Origin: Saprospiraceae bacterium
GTDB taxonomy: Bacteria; Bacteroidota; Bacteroidia; Chitinophagales; Saprospiraceae
Direction of reading: 5' to 3'
Assembly: GCA_965213735.1 (NCBI GenBank)
Contig: CBDCAB010000005.1
Location: 279,134 to 343,133, forward strand
Length of the DNA stretch: 64,000 nucleotides
This document shows, one piece after another, positions 26,601 through 35,687 of the stretch; the stretch's first letter is position 1; each line of letters opens with the position of its first letter. A model generated the notes under the pieces. That model was given only the letters and a program-made list of their open reading frames with translations, made no database searches and had not been told where the DNA came from. Both the position numbers and the translations under genes were made by a program.

Positions 26601-29600
26601 TAGTGTCGTCGACCATCTTCACCTGCGCATCAATAAAGCTGATTTGCTCGTGGCCCGCCGAAACGCTGTACAAACCATTGCCTGCCCCAGCCAAGGATAG
26701 GGTGCCTGAAAGCACAAAGATATCCGGGCTAGTGCCTGGTGCCATCTTATCTAGCACTACGGGGAAGCCGCTGAGCGTGCGGATATCTGGCGCATTCGGA
26801 TCCCGAGCCAGCAGGCTCCGGTCGAGTTGCAAACTGCCTGTTGGTGTGAGTTCTTCTGTCTCAGTATTATAACCTGCTGCTGAATACTTGAGCCGCAATG
26901 GTCGGTTGCGCAGTACAGGCAATTGGTAGCTGCCGGTGGCGTCTGTGGTATCAGCATGCGGCACACCTTCCACTGCGACAATCGCACCTGCGATTGGAGC
27001 ACGCGTAGCTGAATCTATTATAATACCAGTTATTGAAACAGCAGATCGCAGGCTGACATGAAAAATAGAACTTGCCGTAATTAGGCCGAATCCCCACCCT
27101 GGAGTTAGCTCATCGACTACTATCTCGTCAAAGTGAGGCACAAATTGTGGGCCTCCCGCCACAGGAGTTATACTGAGCGTATGAGTACCTGCAGTTGTCG
27201 ACCAGGTAAGCGGACCTTCTCCATCGGTAAGGCGTTGTTCGGTGCCGTCGAGAGTTACTTGTGCAGAAACATAATTTCCATCTAATTGCGCATGCAGGAG
27301 GAAAGTAGGTTCTATACTGTTAACAACTACATCGTCTACTTCTGTAAAGCCTGCTAATTCTTCTGCTACGTCTATTGTCGAGGCATAGCTACTAATAAGA
27401 CTCCCTGGACTTAAGCCAAAATATGCTGCATCAATAGGAGCCTCAGCTTCTTGAGCGACAGTCGAGTTGCGCAGCAAATTCGCCCATGCGGTGGCATTCA
27501 TAGGTGAGGGGACAGGATTGCTCACAGCTGGCTCAGACAGGAACCTTGTAGCTATCAGCGGCCCTTCAATCACGATAGGGCCTGCGCCTTGTCTGTAGCG
27601 TAAGACAAATACACCATCCGCCGAGCTACGTGTGGTGAATCCAGAACTGCTGCTCAACAACGCATCTGCCACCGGCCGCCCAAACTGGTCGAGTAGCTTA
27701 CCCATCACCACGTGCACCTGGCTCTTAATATTAAAGTTAACTGTAGCTACAAGACTGCCACTCGCTGGTGAAACTTCTTCTGTATATACTTCTGAAGTAA
27801 TTCTTCGATCAATACACTTTACTGTGTAGCTAGCGGGACTGTTGAGAAATGGCAATTGACTGATCTCATAGAAACCAGTTGCATCTGTGCCTACCACCGG
27901 ACTTGCAACTTGCTGCCCAGTTGCTACATCAGTGTATACTACATGCACCAACGCCCCTTGTCTTGGTTCTCCGGCGTGGCTAACGGTGCCTGATATCTTA
28001 AAGCCATCTGTCGGTAGCGGCACCGCCTGGTAGTACGATTCAATGGGCGGCACTGTGGGACTGGCCCAGCTATTTGCTGCAGCAACGTCGAGCGGCACTT
28101 CGGCATGTTCGCCTGTACTAGCCACTGCCCGCAACACAAATTGATCGTGCGTGTAGGCGGGGCGCAATAGGCCGCGGTGCTCATCGCCATCTTGCAATTC
28201 CGCAAGTACTGTCCAATCTTCACCATTAAAGTTGACGGTGGATGCTGTACCGACTCCCGCTCGTCCGAGCAAGTAAGGCTGGCGTGCCACGAGACTGCTG
28301 CGCGCAAGTACCTGTACTTTCACATCTGCTTCAGGCGGTAGTGCTTTCGCCAAAACTTTAGAAGAAAGTCTAAAGGTGTTTGCACCGAGCACAATCGGGC
28401 TGAGCGTTGCACTCGTCTGCGGAGAAGAGCCTGGATCGACAACAGGTACCCGAGCTTGCATAAACTGTGGGCCGGCTTCTACTTCGATACGCAGCCGTGG
28501 GTCGCGCAGCATCATCGGTTGCACGCCCTCGAATCGATAATTACCATCACTATCCGCCGTAGTAGTCGCGACAGTGGTTTCGGGTTCGAAATGAGGTAAA
28601 TAAACTGTAGTAAAGAGGATACGCGTCCTCTTGAGGCTACGACTTGCGATGAGCATTAAGCGTACATGAGCTCCTGCAAGCGGAACAGCTGAAGGTTCCA
28701 CAGACTCTTCTGTACTCGCTGTGCTTGGTGGGCTACTGAGTGACTGCTGAACTTGAGTGCTGACCAAAGGAGTGGAGCCCTGAGTTACAACCGGCGTTTC
28801 ACCCGTACGGTAAGCCCATGAAACTTGACCGCGGATAGTCCCCGGTAAGATTGGTGGCAAGGTTGTGCCTGTAGTGGTAGTAGTAGTAGTAGTAGGACCT
28901 AGATCATTAACTGTCCCAAACACAAAGCTGATGGGCTCACTACGACCTGCATTTCTAAACGTATAGGATTCGTCAGGATGTCGCACGGTGAGTGTAGCTA
29001 CATAGCGCTGCCCCAGCAGTAGTTGCGGAGCAGCGGGACCGTAGACATAGATATTGCTGCCGATAACGGTAAAGCCAGGTGTGTTGGCCGGCGCCGACCC
29101 AACCACCGTCTGCGGATCAATGCCCTCGGGCACTTCTGTGAGGTGAAGCGTATACTCGAGTTGCGAAATGGCCCTAGCTGGAATGTTGCTAGGAATGTTC
29201 CATTGAAAGATGAGGTTTTGCGGTGTCGTCTGTGCCACCGTGTCGCCTCCTGCCAGCGGACTGTTGAGCCGGAGCATGGGTGGTTCGAGTGACATTAAGG
29301 CAATAGGGGCGCTGCACACTTCTTGGGAAAGCGGGACCAGCGTGCCTGCTTCTACCACTCTTCCACAGACAAAATAATAGCCTTCAGGAACTGCTCGTCG
29401 ATCGCGTAGCTGTGCCTCTGAGGTGCCGCGGTAAAGGACGTTTGCGCTGTTAAAATAGTCGGGCAAATCGGCGCCACTCAGTCGTACCGTCCCATTCGGC
29501 GGCAAAATGATTGGGAGGCCGTTAGATCGTGAAGGATCTGTGCGCACCTCAACATCTGCATCATCTGAATAGATACGCACCTGTAGCTCTACTTCAAGAT

Positions 29601-29790
29601 CTCGAGAAGTAATGTTTTGAATTTCGACGACCGTTTCATTTTGCCTCGCCACGAGTTCCTGCAAGTTCATGGGGTACGGCGGCAGCACCATCACGCGAAC
29701 GAGTACGTCGTTTTGAGCGAAAGCGGAACCAATGAACACGCTGCACAGCAGCATGATCATGAAGGCTTTGAGCATGTGGCGGTAGAGCAT
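23647..29790 (-). CDS. Giant secreted protein (2047 aa) with CarboxypepD_reg-like modules and a poly-Thr linker
   Basis: Signal peptide MLKAFMIMLLCSVFIGSAFAQ. Modules such as ITGIIIDSATRAPIAGAIVAVEG...TDATGSYQL and ISGTVSHAGEPRQGALVHVV...TDATGFYEI are present, with a TTTTTTT linker. Confidence 0.8.
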   Translation of the reverse strand: MLYRHMLKAFMIMLLCSVFIGSAFAQNDVLVRVMVLPPYPMNLQELVARQNETVVEIQNITSRDLEVELQVRIYSDDADVEVRTDPSRSNGLPIILPPNGTVRLSGADLPDYFNSANVLYRGTSEAQLRDRRAVPEGYYFVCGRVVEAGTLVPLSQEVCSAPIALMSLEPPMLRLNSPLAGGDTVAQTTPQNLIFQWNIPSNIPARAISQLEYTLHLTEVPEGIDPQTVVGSAPANTPGFTVIGSNIYVYGPAAPQLLLGQRYVATLTVRHPDESYTFRNAGRSEPISFVFGTVNDLGPTTTTTTTTGTTLPPILPGTIRGQVSWAYRTGETPVVTQGSTPLVSTQVQQSLSSPPSTASTEESVEPSAVPLAGAHVRLMLIASRSLKRTRILFTTVYLPHFEPETTVATTTADSDGNYRFEGVQPMMLRDPRLRIEVEAGPQFMQARVPVVDPGSSPQTSATLSPIVLGANTFRLSSKVLAKALPPEADVKVQVLARSSLVARQPYLLGRAGVGTASTVNFNGEDWTVLAELQDGDEHRGLLRPAYTHDQFVLRAVASTGEHAEVPLDVAAANSWASPTVPPIESYYQAVPLPTDGFKISGTVSHAGEPRQGALVHVVYTDVATGQQVASPVVGTDATGFYEISQLPFLNSPASYTVKCIDRRITSEVYTEEVSPASGSLVATVNFNIKSQVHVVMGKLLDQFGRPVADALLSSSSGFTTRSSADGVFVLRYRQGAGPIVIEGPLIATRFLSEPAVSNPVPSPMNATAWANLLRNSTVAQEAEAPIDAAYFGLSPGSLISSYASTIDVAEELAGFTEVDDVVVNSIEPTFLLHAQLDGNYVSAQVTLDGTEQRLTDGEGPLTWSTTAGTHTLSITPVAGGPQFVPHFDEIVVDELTPGWGFGLITASSIFHVSLRSAVSITGIIIDSATRAPIAGAIVAVEGVPHADTTDATGSYQLPVLRNRPLRLKYSAAGYNTETEELTPTGSLQLDRSLLARDPNAPDIRTLSGFPVVLDKMAPGTSPDIFVLSGTLSLAGAGNGLYSVSAGHEQISFIDAQVKMVDDTTAIPLGPIALDVATLPTDAFGFAPIDVVGSPIIELRPMNGSTPAEKRVAVIGGNTLLLNLKRFGTIGGLPMSSLPSAYVSNDKFDYAASNINTAAVTNVVGTAMLLGNQEFQGVFASPGKAMDYMSRNATFSLVFAQAAPNFTSIKLKKAKKKKPVDPNAPKLPFVAPTNVTHVKGGLAGGLLNLHIDKEEASVDSSGIHFAGFLELPNVANAIPWPNKGLVRLSAFDVKGDGVVSKVAAEVDASTPVRAKIGKWMMQLDRIIVRGLGSPNVGLGAGGLVILKADSSGNVKPEENLQIKELSFVLGTNGPTLIGELLFPTLGLAMNSLRATTTRPVKIKLETSPLSMSFDGAGVLHYAAGGAATTTSNASGTRTAASGGSGVAGQVFPINIDRFIFRSADWSVFMAASPDKRIDLKAVTLVISKLLVNVGVGMSMSDMASYMELSKTAKYFDPTKRTFVGSSPEMLAYAQDRIDRAERAGKTPSPTDKALVDDAVMRGRVTVKELQDLVARGASSDKLLTSTKMAWAIGLGGTVEFPIKDLNSKVGGSLILAGGGGSGLQVQVNEIFLEVNSPAFHLSASAKMSFGATKWGMEGSGELETMTKKLAASFKFYHHNNPAAGLVGIELGASILVSAGITTGPVIWHTIGGGFDFNTATQKYKVMALGELGPQGTPKAVVYAKNVTLEVLFDVSKCGGVPIVTGTAGLSLKNEDWGSVTAKLDFCRLLATVDVESRKALLNGAAAFDIQGTLFAQAPSGSRPKGGVFLGVNAYTAIGTIATGNIFAAVGINMDRDGTSTPSSVKRLWRNIAASALDGPYDNLLHGVYVGAALTANRQQGSITVPIGGFNAVAFSYDANAVGTANFFKSFARTDFTVDAKVKAKVDASLTLLSIITLNGELDVDAQLAGGYLPASGWYMSGSGSAYLEVYDRKATPCNSMAMVFRRVCSPAWPYICIDLPQATYRFCVNTRASFDLSERKKEIAFALN

Positions 29791-29801
29791 GGTGGAGGCG
29801 A

Positions 29802-31568
29802 TTAGAGGCGGTAGGTGAGGCGCGTGTCGATGCGGATGTCGCTGAAGGTGCTAGCGGTGTTGGCGAGTCGACCTGTAGCTGGCCCGCCGCTGTACTGAAA
29901 GGAAGCATGGAGGCCAAAGCGCTTGCTGGCGCGGTAGCCGGCATTGAGCCCGACCGTCTTGACTGTACCGAGCGAATCTTCTTCGGCTGCGGTGCTTTGC
30001 CCATACAAGCCGCCGTTGACGCCAACCGAACCCTTGCTGGCGGCAAAGCCTTGGGTGATCGACAGATTAAGACCCTGCGAGGCAAATCCTCCTGGGGCAC
30101 CTAGATCGTCGCCTGAGTTGCCGAGCGAGGTGTAAGTGCCGGTGAGCCCTACTGTAGTTGAAGTAGCGAGTACTGTGATTGAATAGGTGGCGGTGAGCAG
30201 ATCGGTATTGAAGTCGCGAAAAGCAGCTCCTTCCGATTGGCCGCCGATGAAGTCGCGCACGGTGCTCCGGCTAAGGGTAGCTGCCACCACGTGTACGTAC
30301 TTATCGCGCTGCAGCGTGTAAGAGGGTGAGAGGCTGAGGCTCTGATTGGTAGATGCGATGCGGAGTGAATCGCCTATGCGTGCAAGCCGGGGCGTCTGGT
30401 CGTTGGAGTAATTGAAGAAGTCGAGCGAAGCGGCAAATTGCTGAAGCTGTAGCGTGGCACGCGCAGTACCAATTATTCGCTTAGAGGTAGCGGCCTTGAT
30501 GTTGTTGAGGTTGTCGCGCTGGCGGCCGACGCTACCTTGCAGCCGCAGTTGCTTCCACGGCTTGAAGGCTGCTCCGACGAGAAAATGCTCGAGGTCATTT
30601 TGGAAGAAGTACGACCCCATGGTGCGGTAGTTGGGGTCAATGCGGCGGTATCCAAGAAATGCGCTAAGTGCTAAGGGGCCGCCTCCTTTATATTCTAATC
30701 GTGAATTAACAGCGGTATAATAATCACTGCTGGCATTGAGGTTAAAGGCATCAACTAATAGGTCGGGAATACCTTGATTTAATAATGATGAATCAATATC
30801 CGAATCATCGAGATTATGGTTTTCTGTAAAGACACTCAAGGCTGCTTCGGCACTGAGGGAGAGGGTTTTGCCGAAAGGCACTTCAAATCCAAACGAGGTA
30901 GCGGTATTAGCCGCGGGTTCCACATCGAGTAATTCACGACGACCTATAGGTTCTGCAAATTTGATTGAGGATACATCATCTTGGGCGGAGAGGTAGGTGG
31001 CGTACACGTTTGCGCGCTCGGTGCCGTAGCCAATACGTAAGGCATGGCCGAAACGGTCGAAGCTCTCCGGATTGAGTGTGCCAGCGAGGGTGTCGAGGGT
31101 AGTAGCGCGATTGAGGCGGCCGTAGCTCAAGGACAGGTCCCACTTACCAGGCTCGAGGGTGACGCCAGCGCCGAGCATGGTGTAATTGGCCATGGTAAAT
31201 TCGCTGTACCGCGGCTGAATCCACCCAAGCTGCACCTCTGCCCACTTGTAGCGTGGCGCAATACTGAACCGATTAAAGGGCTGGCGAAAGTCGACCCCTA
31301 CATTGCTAAGCGTCAGTTGCAGCGGCACAGCTACTCCATAGAGATGGAATGTTGGTGCGACGGTGAGGTACACTGCATTGCTAGGAAAGGCTCGCCGATT
31401 GGAGCGGTAGGCGCTGAAGCGCAGTTGTGCCGAGCCATCAGCGCGGAAGATGTCTTGTTTGGTTGCCAGATCTTGTGCGAGGCAGGGGGTGCTGCATAGT
31501 GCTACAAAGGCAGCGAGCAGCAGGTATAGGATTGGTAGATCAACTCGGGGGCGGAGGAGGGCTACCAT
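29802..31568 (-). CDS. Predicted outer-membrane beta-barrel protein (hypothetical)
   Basis: An internal Met gives the signal peptide MVALLRPRVDLPILYLLLAAFVALCSTPCLAQ. An alternating beta-strand pattern runs to the C-terminus (...DTRLTYRL). The gene ends 11 nt upstream of the giant gene. Confidence 0.55.
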   Translation of the reverse strand: MVALLRPRVDLPILYLLLAAFVALCSTPCLAQDLATKQDIFRADGSAQLRFSAYRSNRRAFPSNAVYLTVAPTFHLYGVAVPLQLTLSNVGVDFRQPFNRFSIAPRYKWAEVQLGWIQPRYSEFTMANYTMLGAGVTLEPGKWDLSLSYGRLNRATTLDTLAGTLNPESFDRFGHALRIGYGTERANVYATYLSAQDDVSSIKFAEPIGRRELLDVEPAANTATSFGFEVPFGKTLSLSAEAALSVFTENHNLDDSDIDSSLLNQGIPDLLVDAFNLNASSDYYTAVNSRLEYKGGGPLALSAFLGYRRIDPNYRTMGSYFFQNDLEHFLVGAAFKPWKQLRLQGSVGRQRDNLNNIKAATSKRIIGTARATLQLQQFAASLDFFNYSNDQTPRLARIGDSLRIASTNQSLSLSPSYTLQRDKYVHVVAATLSRSTVRDFIGGQSEGAAFRDFNTDLLTATYSITVLATSTTVGLTGTYTSLGNSGDDLGAPGGFASQGLNLSITQGFAASKGSVGVNGGLYGQSTAAEEDSLGTVKTVGLNAGYRASKRFGLHASFQYSGGPATGRLANTASTFSDIRIDTRLTYRL

Positions 31569-31844
31569 GGCCACGGGTGTGTGAGTTAGGCTGCGAAACC
31601 ACACTTTTCGAATGTCCTCAGTATTTATCCTGCTTAAGCTCACTGCCGTAAGAAAGGCGGCTAGCAGGCGCCCGTCCACTTTGTTTAACTAGTCAGGGAC
31701 GAATGGGAAGAGGTGAGGGACGAGAGGAAATTAGAGTGGCTTCACAGGCTGGGAAACAGCGGTTGTCAACGGGGCATGAGGAGAGAAACCTTTGTGAATC
31801 TCGTCACCTAGAAATGTGGCATTTCCTCACCCATACCTCAAATT

Positions 31845-33935
31845 TTAACTAAACGCAACCCTTGCTTCTACCCCAATCTCATCGCTAGGAGAGGATAGTG
31901 CAAAAGTGCCCTGTAGTTGGCGCGCCAATCCCCGCACGAGATTGAGTCCGAGGCGACCTAAAGCACGCTCCTTAAAATCTTCTCTCAGGGGGTGACCGTT
32001 GTTGGTGACGACGAGCTCATAGGATTCATCCTTGGTATGCTCCCGAAAAGCAATACGAATTAGTCCTTGTCGTAGATCCTGAAAACCGTACTTGAAGGCG
32101 TTGGTAATGAGCTCATTTAAGATTAATCCTAGTGGAATCGCCTTATCCATACTCAAGCGAACATCTGCCACTTCTAATTGAAATTCCACCTTCTGGTCGG
32201 GTCGACGCAGCGAGTGCGTCAAGTGTGTGGCTAATTCTGAAATGTACTCTTTAATATTGATGCTCTGAAATTCATCACGTTGATATAAACTTTGATGAAT
32301 GAGCGCCATGGAGTGGACTCTGTCCTGCCCTTCACGTAATTGATTTTTCACATCTTCACTCGTAGTACTCCGAACTTGCTTGGCGAGAAGTCCTGAAATT
32401 ATTTGCAGGTTGTTTTTCACGCGGTGGTGTATTTCTTTGAGTAGCACTTCACGCTCCAGGTTTTGGGCAGCGATGCGGGCGCGGTCACGTCGAATGCGTA
32501 AGAGTGCAACCGTGGCAAGTAGGGCTATGAGTAATGCGCCGCCGATGCCCAGTACTAACAAGGACTGGCGACTAGTGGCTGCTTCGGCTTCAGCTACACG
32601 GGCAGATCTTTCAAGCTCGAGGTTGCGAGAGGTTTCTCGGGTGCGAAATCCTACTTCCGCCTTAGCAATTTGCTCATTTAGCCTCATCTGAGTGCTGAGT
32701 TGTTTCAAGTCTCGAGCGCGAGTAAAGGCAGCAAGTGCCGCATTAGGTTGATTTGTTTTGGCGTAAGCTGAACCTTGAGTGAAATAACTATCACCTAGCT
32801 CCTGAATATAATTCGTGCTGTCTTGGCTATAGAATGAGATAGCTTCATTGACAAGAGAGAGAGCTCTGCTTGGCAACTTATCGTCAAGCATCTGATCAGC
32901 ATAACGCAGCGCGAAGTGGGCGGCAAAAGCTTGATCATGATGGGCTGCCCTATTTTGATAAGCCATAGTCAGATAATGCCGAACGCTATCCTTATTACTA
33001 TCTTCGTGGTATCTCGCAAGTTGCTCGGCGCTCACCAGTAGCGCGTATCCATTGTCACGTTGCCGAGCTCGATTGTGCACACTACTACAGTACTGATAGG
33101 CGCTATCTCGCGCGAGCTTAGTAAGCGCGATGCACAACTCAGCTTCACTATCGAGTTGGCGTTTTGTATTATTCTGCTCGCTAAACAAGCTGATACTTTC
33201 TAACAATAAAGTCTCCATGTCGTCATAGCGATCAAGTTTGTAATAAGCAGTAGCCGCGTTGCCCAAAGCGGCAGCAAGCATGCGATCGTTATCAGTAGCT
33301 CGTGCAAAAGCAATGGCTTGCTCCAGATCATTAAGGGCAACTTCGTATGCATGCTTACTCATGTAGAGACCCGAGCGATTGAGCAACAATCCAGCGTAAG
33401 CTATGTGATCTTTAGGTAAGTATGCTATTGCTTGTCCATAGTAAACTTCAGCAGAATCTAAGTCCCCCACCATGTGATGATAAGTAGCTAAATTTTTATA
33501 TAACCCTCCGTGCAAGCTTCGCAGGCTATCCTCAGGAAGTTGAGAAAATAATCGTATTCCACGTTCGGCCACTGACTTAACAGAATCTAACTTGTTGAGA
33601 TAAACAAAAGGCAAATTTGCCTGTACATCTGCTCTGATCAAACCAGCAATATCACGGTGATGCCGGTGAGCTTCTCTTCCTTGCTGAATGAACACTAATG
33701 CCGAACCAGGATCTGCATACTGTACATTCCGAGCCAGCTGTTCTAAAATCCTGGCAGTGTCTTGAAGAGTGGTAGCAGACCGCAACTCTTGCTGCAAGCT
33801 ATCCTCTATGGGAGCTTGCGCGGCAAGATGCAAACTAAGCAACCAACAAAGCACTACCAGCTGCATTTTCAGCAAAGGGCCACTGAGAAAGTTAGTCATC
33901 ATCATTTTCCATTTTGTTGATCCATTAGCTAGCAC
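31845..33935 (-). CDS. TPR-repeat sensor histidine kinase (HisKA_2 type)
   Basis: Long TPR-like periplasmic region, TM helix LLVLGIGGALLIALLATVALL, H box EIHHRVKNNLQIISGLL, and ATPase boxes LNELITNAFKYG and GLGLNLVRGLARQLQG. The exact start is uncertain. Confidence 0.85.
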   Translation of the reverse strand: MLANGSTKWKMMMTNFLSGPLLKMQLVVLCWLLSLHLAAQAPIEDSLQQELRSATTLQDTARILEQLARNVQYADPGSALVFIQQGREAHRHHRDIAGLIRADVQANLPFVYLNKLDSVKSVAERGIRLFSQLPEDSLRSLHGGLYKNLATYHHMVGDLDSAEVYYGQAIAYLPKDHIAYAGLLLNRSGLYMSKHAYEVALNDLEQAIAFARATDNDRMLAAALGNAATAYYKLDRYDDMETLLLESISLFSEQNNTKRQLDSEAELCIALTKLARDSAYQYCSSVHNRARQRDNGYALLVSAEQLARYHEDSNKDSVRHYLTMAYQNRAAHHDQAFAAHFALRYADQMLDDKLPSRALSLVNEAISFYSQDSTNYIQELGDSYFTQGSAYAKTNQPNAALAAFTRARDLKQLSTQMRLNEQIAKAEVGFRTRETSRNLELERSARVAEAEAATSRQSLLVLGIGGALLIALLATVALLRIRRDRARIAAQNLEREVLLKEIHHRVKNNLQIISGLLAKQVRSTTSEDVKNQLREGQDRVHSMALIHQSLYQRDEFQSINIKEYISELATHLTHSLRRPDQKVEFQLEVADVRLSMDKAIPLGLILNELITNAFKYGFQDLRQGLIRIAFREHTKDESYELVVTNNGHPLREDFKERALGRLGLNLVRGLARQLQGTFALSSPSDEIGVEARVAFS

Positions 33936-34022
33936 TTCTGGTAGCGCTGTTGGCCAAAGCTTCAGCGTTAAAAGGTAAAAGCAGAGAGAATGGTAAATTA
34001 CGCCTAATCGGTATATCTCCCG

Positions 34023-34730
34023 CTACTTCTGCGCAAAGAAGATGAGAATTTCGGTTTTGGCTGAACGACTTACAGGGATACTAGCCTCTGCTAACTTTAA
34101 ACTAGCCCCATCAAAGCCTGTAACTTTTTCTGGATTTACAAGAAAAGAACGGTGCGGCTGTAAGAATGTGTCCTCAGGCAGACGCTCCCAGAAATCCTTT
34201 AAAGTAGATCTAATTAAGTAGCGTTCATCACCGACATGTACCTCTAAGTAATTTCGAAATGCTTGCACAAATGAGATTTCTTGCACAGGCACACGACAAA
34301 AGTTTTCTCCATCTCGAAGGAAGATATCTGCTTCTTGAGAGTCACCCTGTTCTTCCTCAGCACGAGCTAGCGTCACTTCGAGGGCAGCGTAAATATCTGA
34401 TGGCGTAAAAGGCTTAATTAAGTAGCCATATGGTTTGCTTTTAGCTGCTTCGCGAATGGTGGTCGCATTGGCATAAGCTGTCAGGTACATGAAAGGCAAC
34501 TGATACTGATTACGGATAAAATGTCCGAGTTCGATGCCATCGCCTGGAGCCTCTAAATTAATATCAAGAATTGCGATATCTACAGGACAAGTACGTAATA
34601 TTTCTTTAGCCTCACTAACAGTCATTGCATCTCCGGCGACAATGTACCCCAGATCCTGCAACGTGTCACGAAGGGTATCGAGCGTTACAAATTCATCTTC
34701 GACAATTAATATGCGAAGTGGTGTGGCCAT
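34023..34730 (-). CDS. LytTR-family response regulator
   Basis: REC domain (ILIVEDE, ILDINL, LIKPF) followed by a LytTR-type DNA-binding domain. Confidence 0.9.
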   Translation of the reverse strand: MATPLRILIVEDEFVTLDTLRDTLQDLGYIVAGDAMTVSEAKEILRTCPVDIAILDINLEAPGDGIELGHFIRNQYQLPFMYLTAYANATTIREAAKSKPYGYLIKPFTPSDIYAALEVTLARAEEEQGDSQEADIFLRDGENFCRVPVQEISFVQAFRNYLEVHVGDERYLIRSTLKDFWERLPEDTFLQPHRSFLVNPEKVTGFDGASLKLAEASIPVSRSAKTEILIFFAQK

Positions 34731-34904
34731 TTACGAAACAAGCAAAGGTGAAGTCCTAAGCAAGGTAATCTTTTATGTGATGTGAAATCCGCAGCCCTGC
34801 TTGGGACGAACGGTATACGTGCTGGGACCAAGTGCGCATGACGGTTGTACAAGTCCGCAGCACAAGACATTTAGCCGCCGCCGGAGAAGTAAACTCGCAC
34901 CACC

Positions 34905-35636
34905 TCACGGCACTACTCCACGCACAATATATTGATAATCGAGCGTCGTATCATCCGCATTCACTTCCGTAAAACCTGCTTCCACTAATGCACGCTCAAC
35001 ATCACTCAGCGCCATGCGACTCTGCACCGGCGGACCAACAGGCGTGCTCTTGGTTTTAAAATCTACAATTAATATGGGACTGCCCGATTTTAGTCCATTG
35101 CGGAGCTTCTGCAAGTAGGCTGGGCCGTCTTGGATATACATAAAAGTATTTACCACAAGCGCTGCGTCAGCTTCAGCATCGCCCAGATTGGGATCGTCGG
35201 CGGGCACTAAGCGCGGATCGATATGCGCATAAGCCGCCGTGTCGAGCTCTTGCCTATTGAGGCTGTCGAGAATCAGCAGCATGCTTGGATCAATGTCGAG
35301 CGCGATCACCTTGGCAGCACGCTTGGCTAGCCGACGGGTAAAAAACCCTGTACCTGAGCCGACTTCAACAACCGTCTTACCAGCAAGTGGGCCCAGGCGC
35401 TCAATGAGCACATTCGGCTTCTGCCAAACCACCCGATTTAGATTCTCGTAGTCGAAAATGATGTGCTGTCCTGTCGAATCACCCACCGATGCCTGGTAAG
35501 CACTGTCGGCAGCCAACATCTGCTCGATGGGCGTTGGACCTGTAGACGAGTTTTCTTCGGCGCAGGCTGTCGCCAAAACCAGCAAACTCACCAGCACAAC
35601 TACTTGATTAACCTTGGCCCGCACGCCCTTGCCCAT
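34905..35636 (-). CDS. Class I SAM-dependent methyltransferase with a lipoprotein-type signal
   Basis: AdoMet motif I VVEVGSGTGFFTRRLA. The N-terminus LLVLATACAEE is lipobox-like. Confidence 0.8.
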   Translation of the reverse strand: MGKGVRAKVNQVVVLVSLLVLATACAEENSSTGPTPIEQMLAADSAYQASVGDSTGQHIIFDYENLNRVVWQKPNVLIERLGPLAGKTVVEVGSGTGFFTRRLAKRAAKVIALDIDPSMLLILDSLNRQELDTAAYAHIDPRLVPADDPNLGDAEADAALVVNTFMYIQDGPAYLQKLRNGLKSGSPILIVDFKTKSTPVGPPVQSRMALSDVERALVEAGFTEVNADDTTLDYQYIVRGVVP

Positions 35637-35687
35637 AGCGCAGCAAGGTATATCGGCGCGAGCACTGACTCGTACTAGCTTTACCCC

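Noticed and set aside
28871-28895. (AGT)n trinucleotide run encoding the poly-Thr linker, considered as a phase-variation site
   Set aside because: The repeat is in-frame and short. Slippage would only change the linker length, so I do not treat it as a switch.
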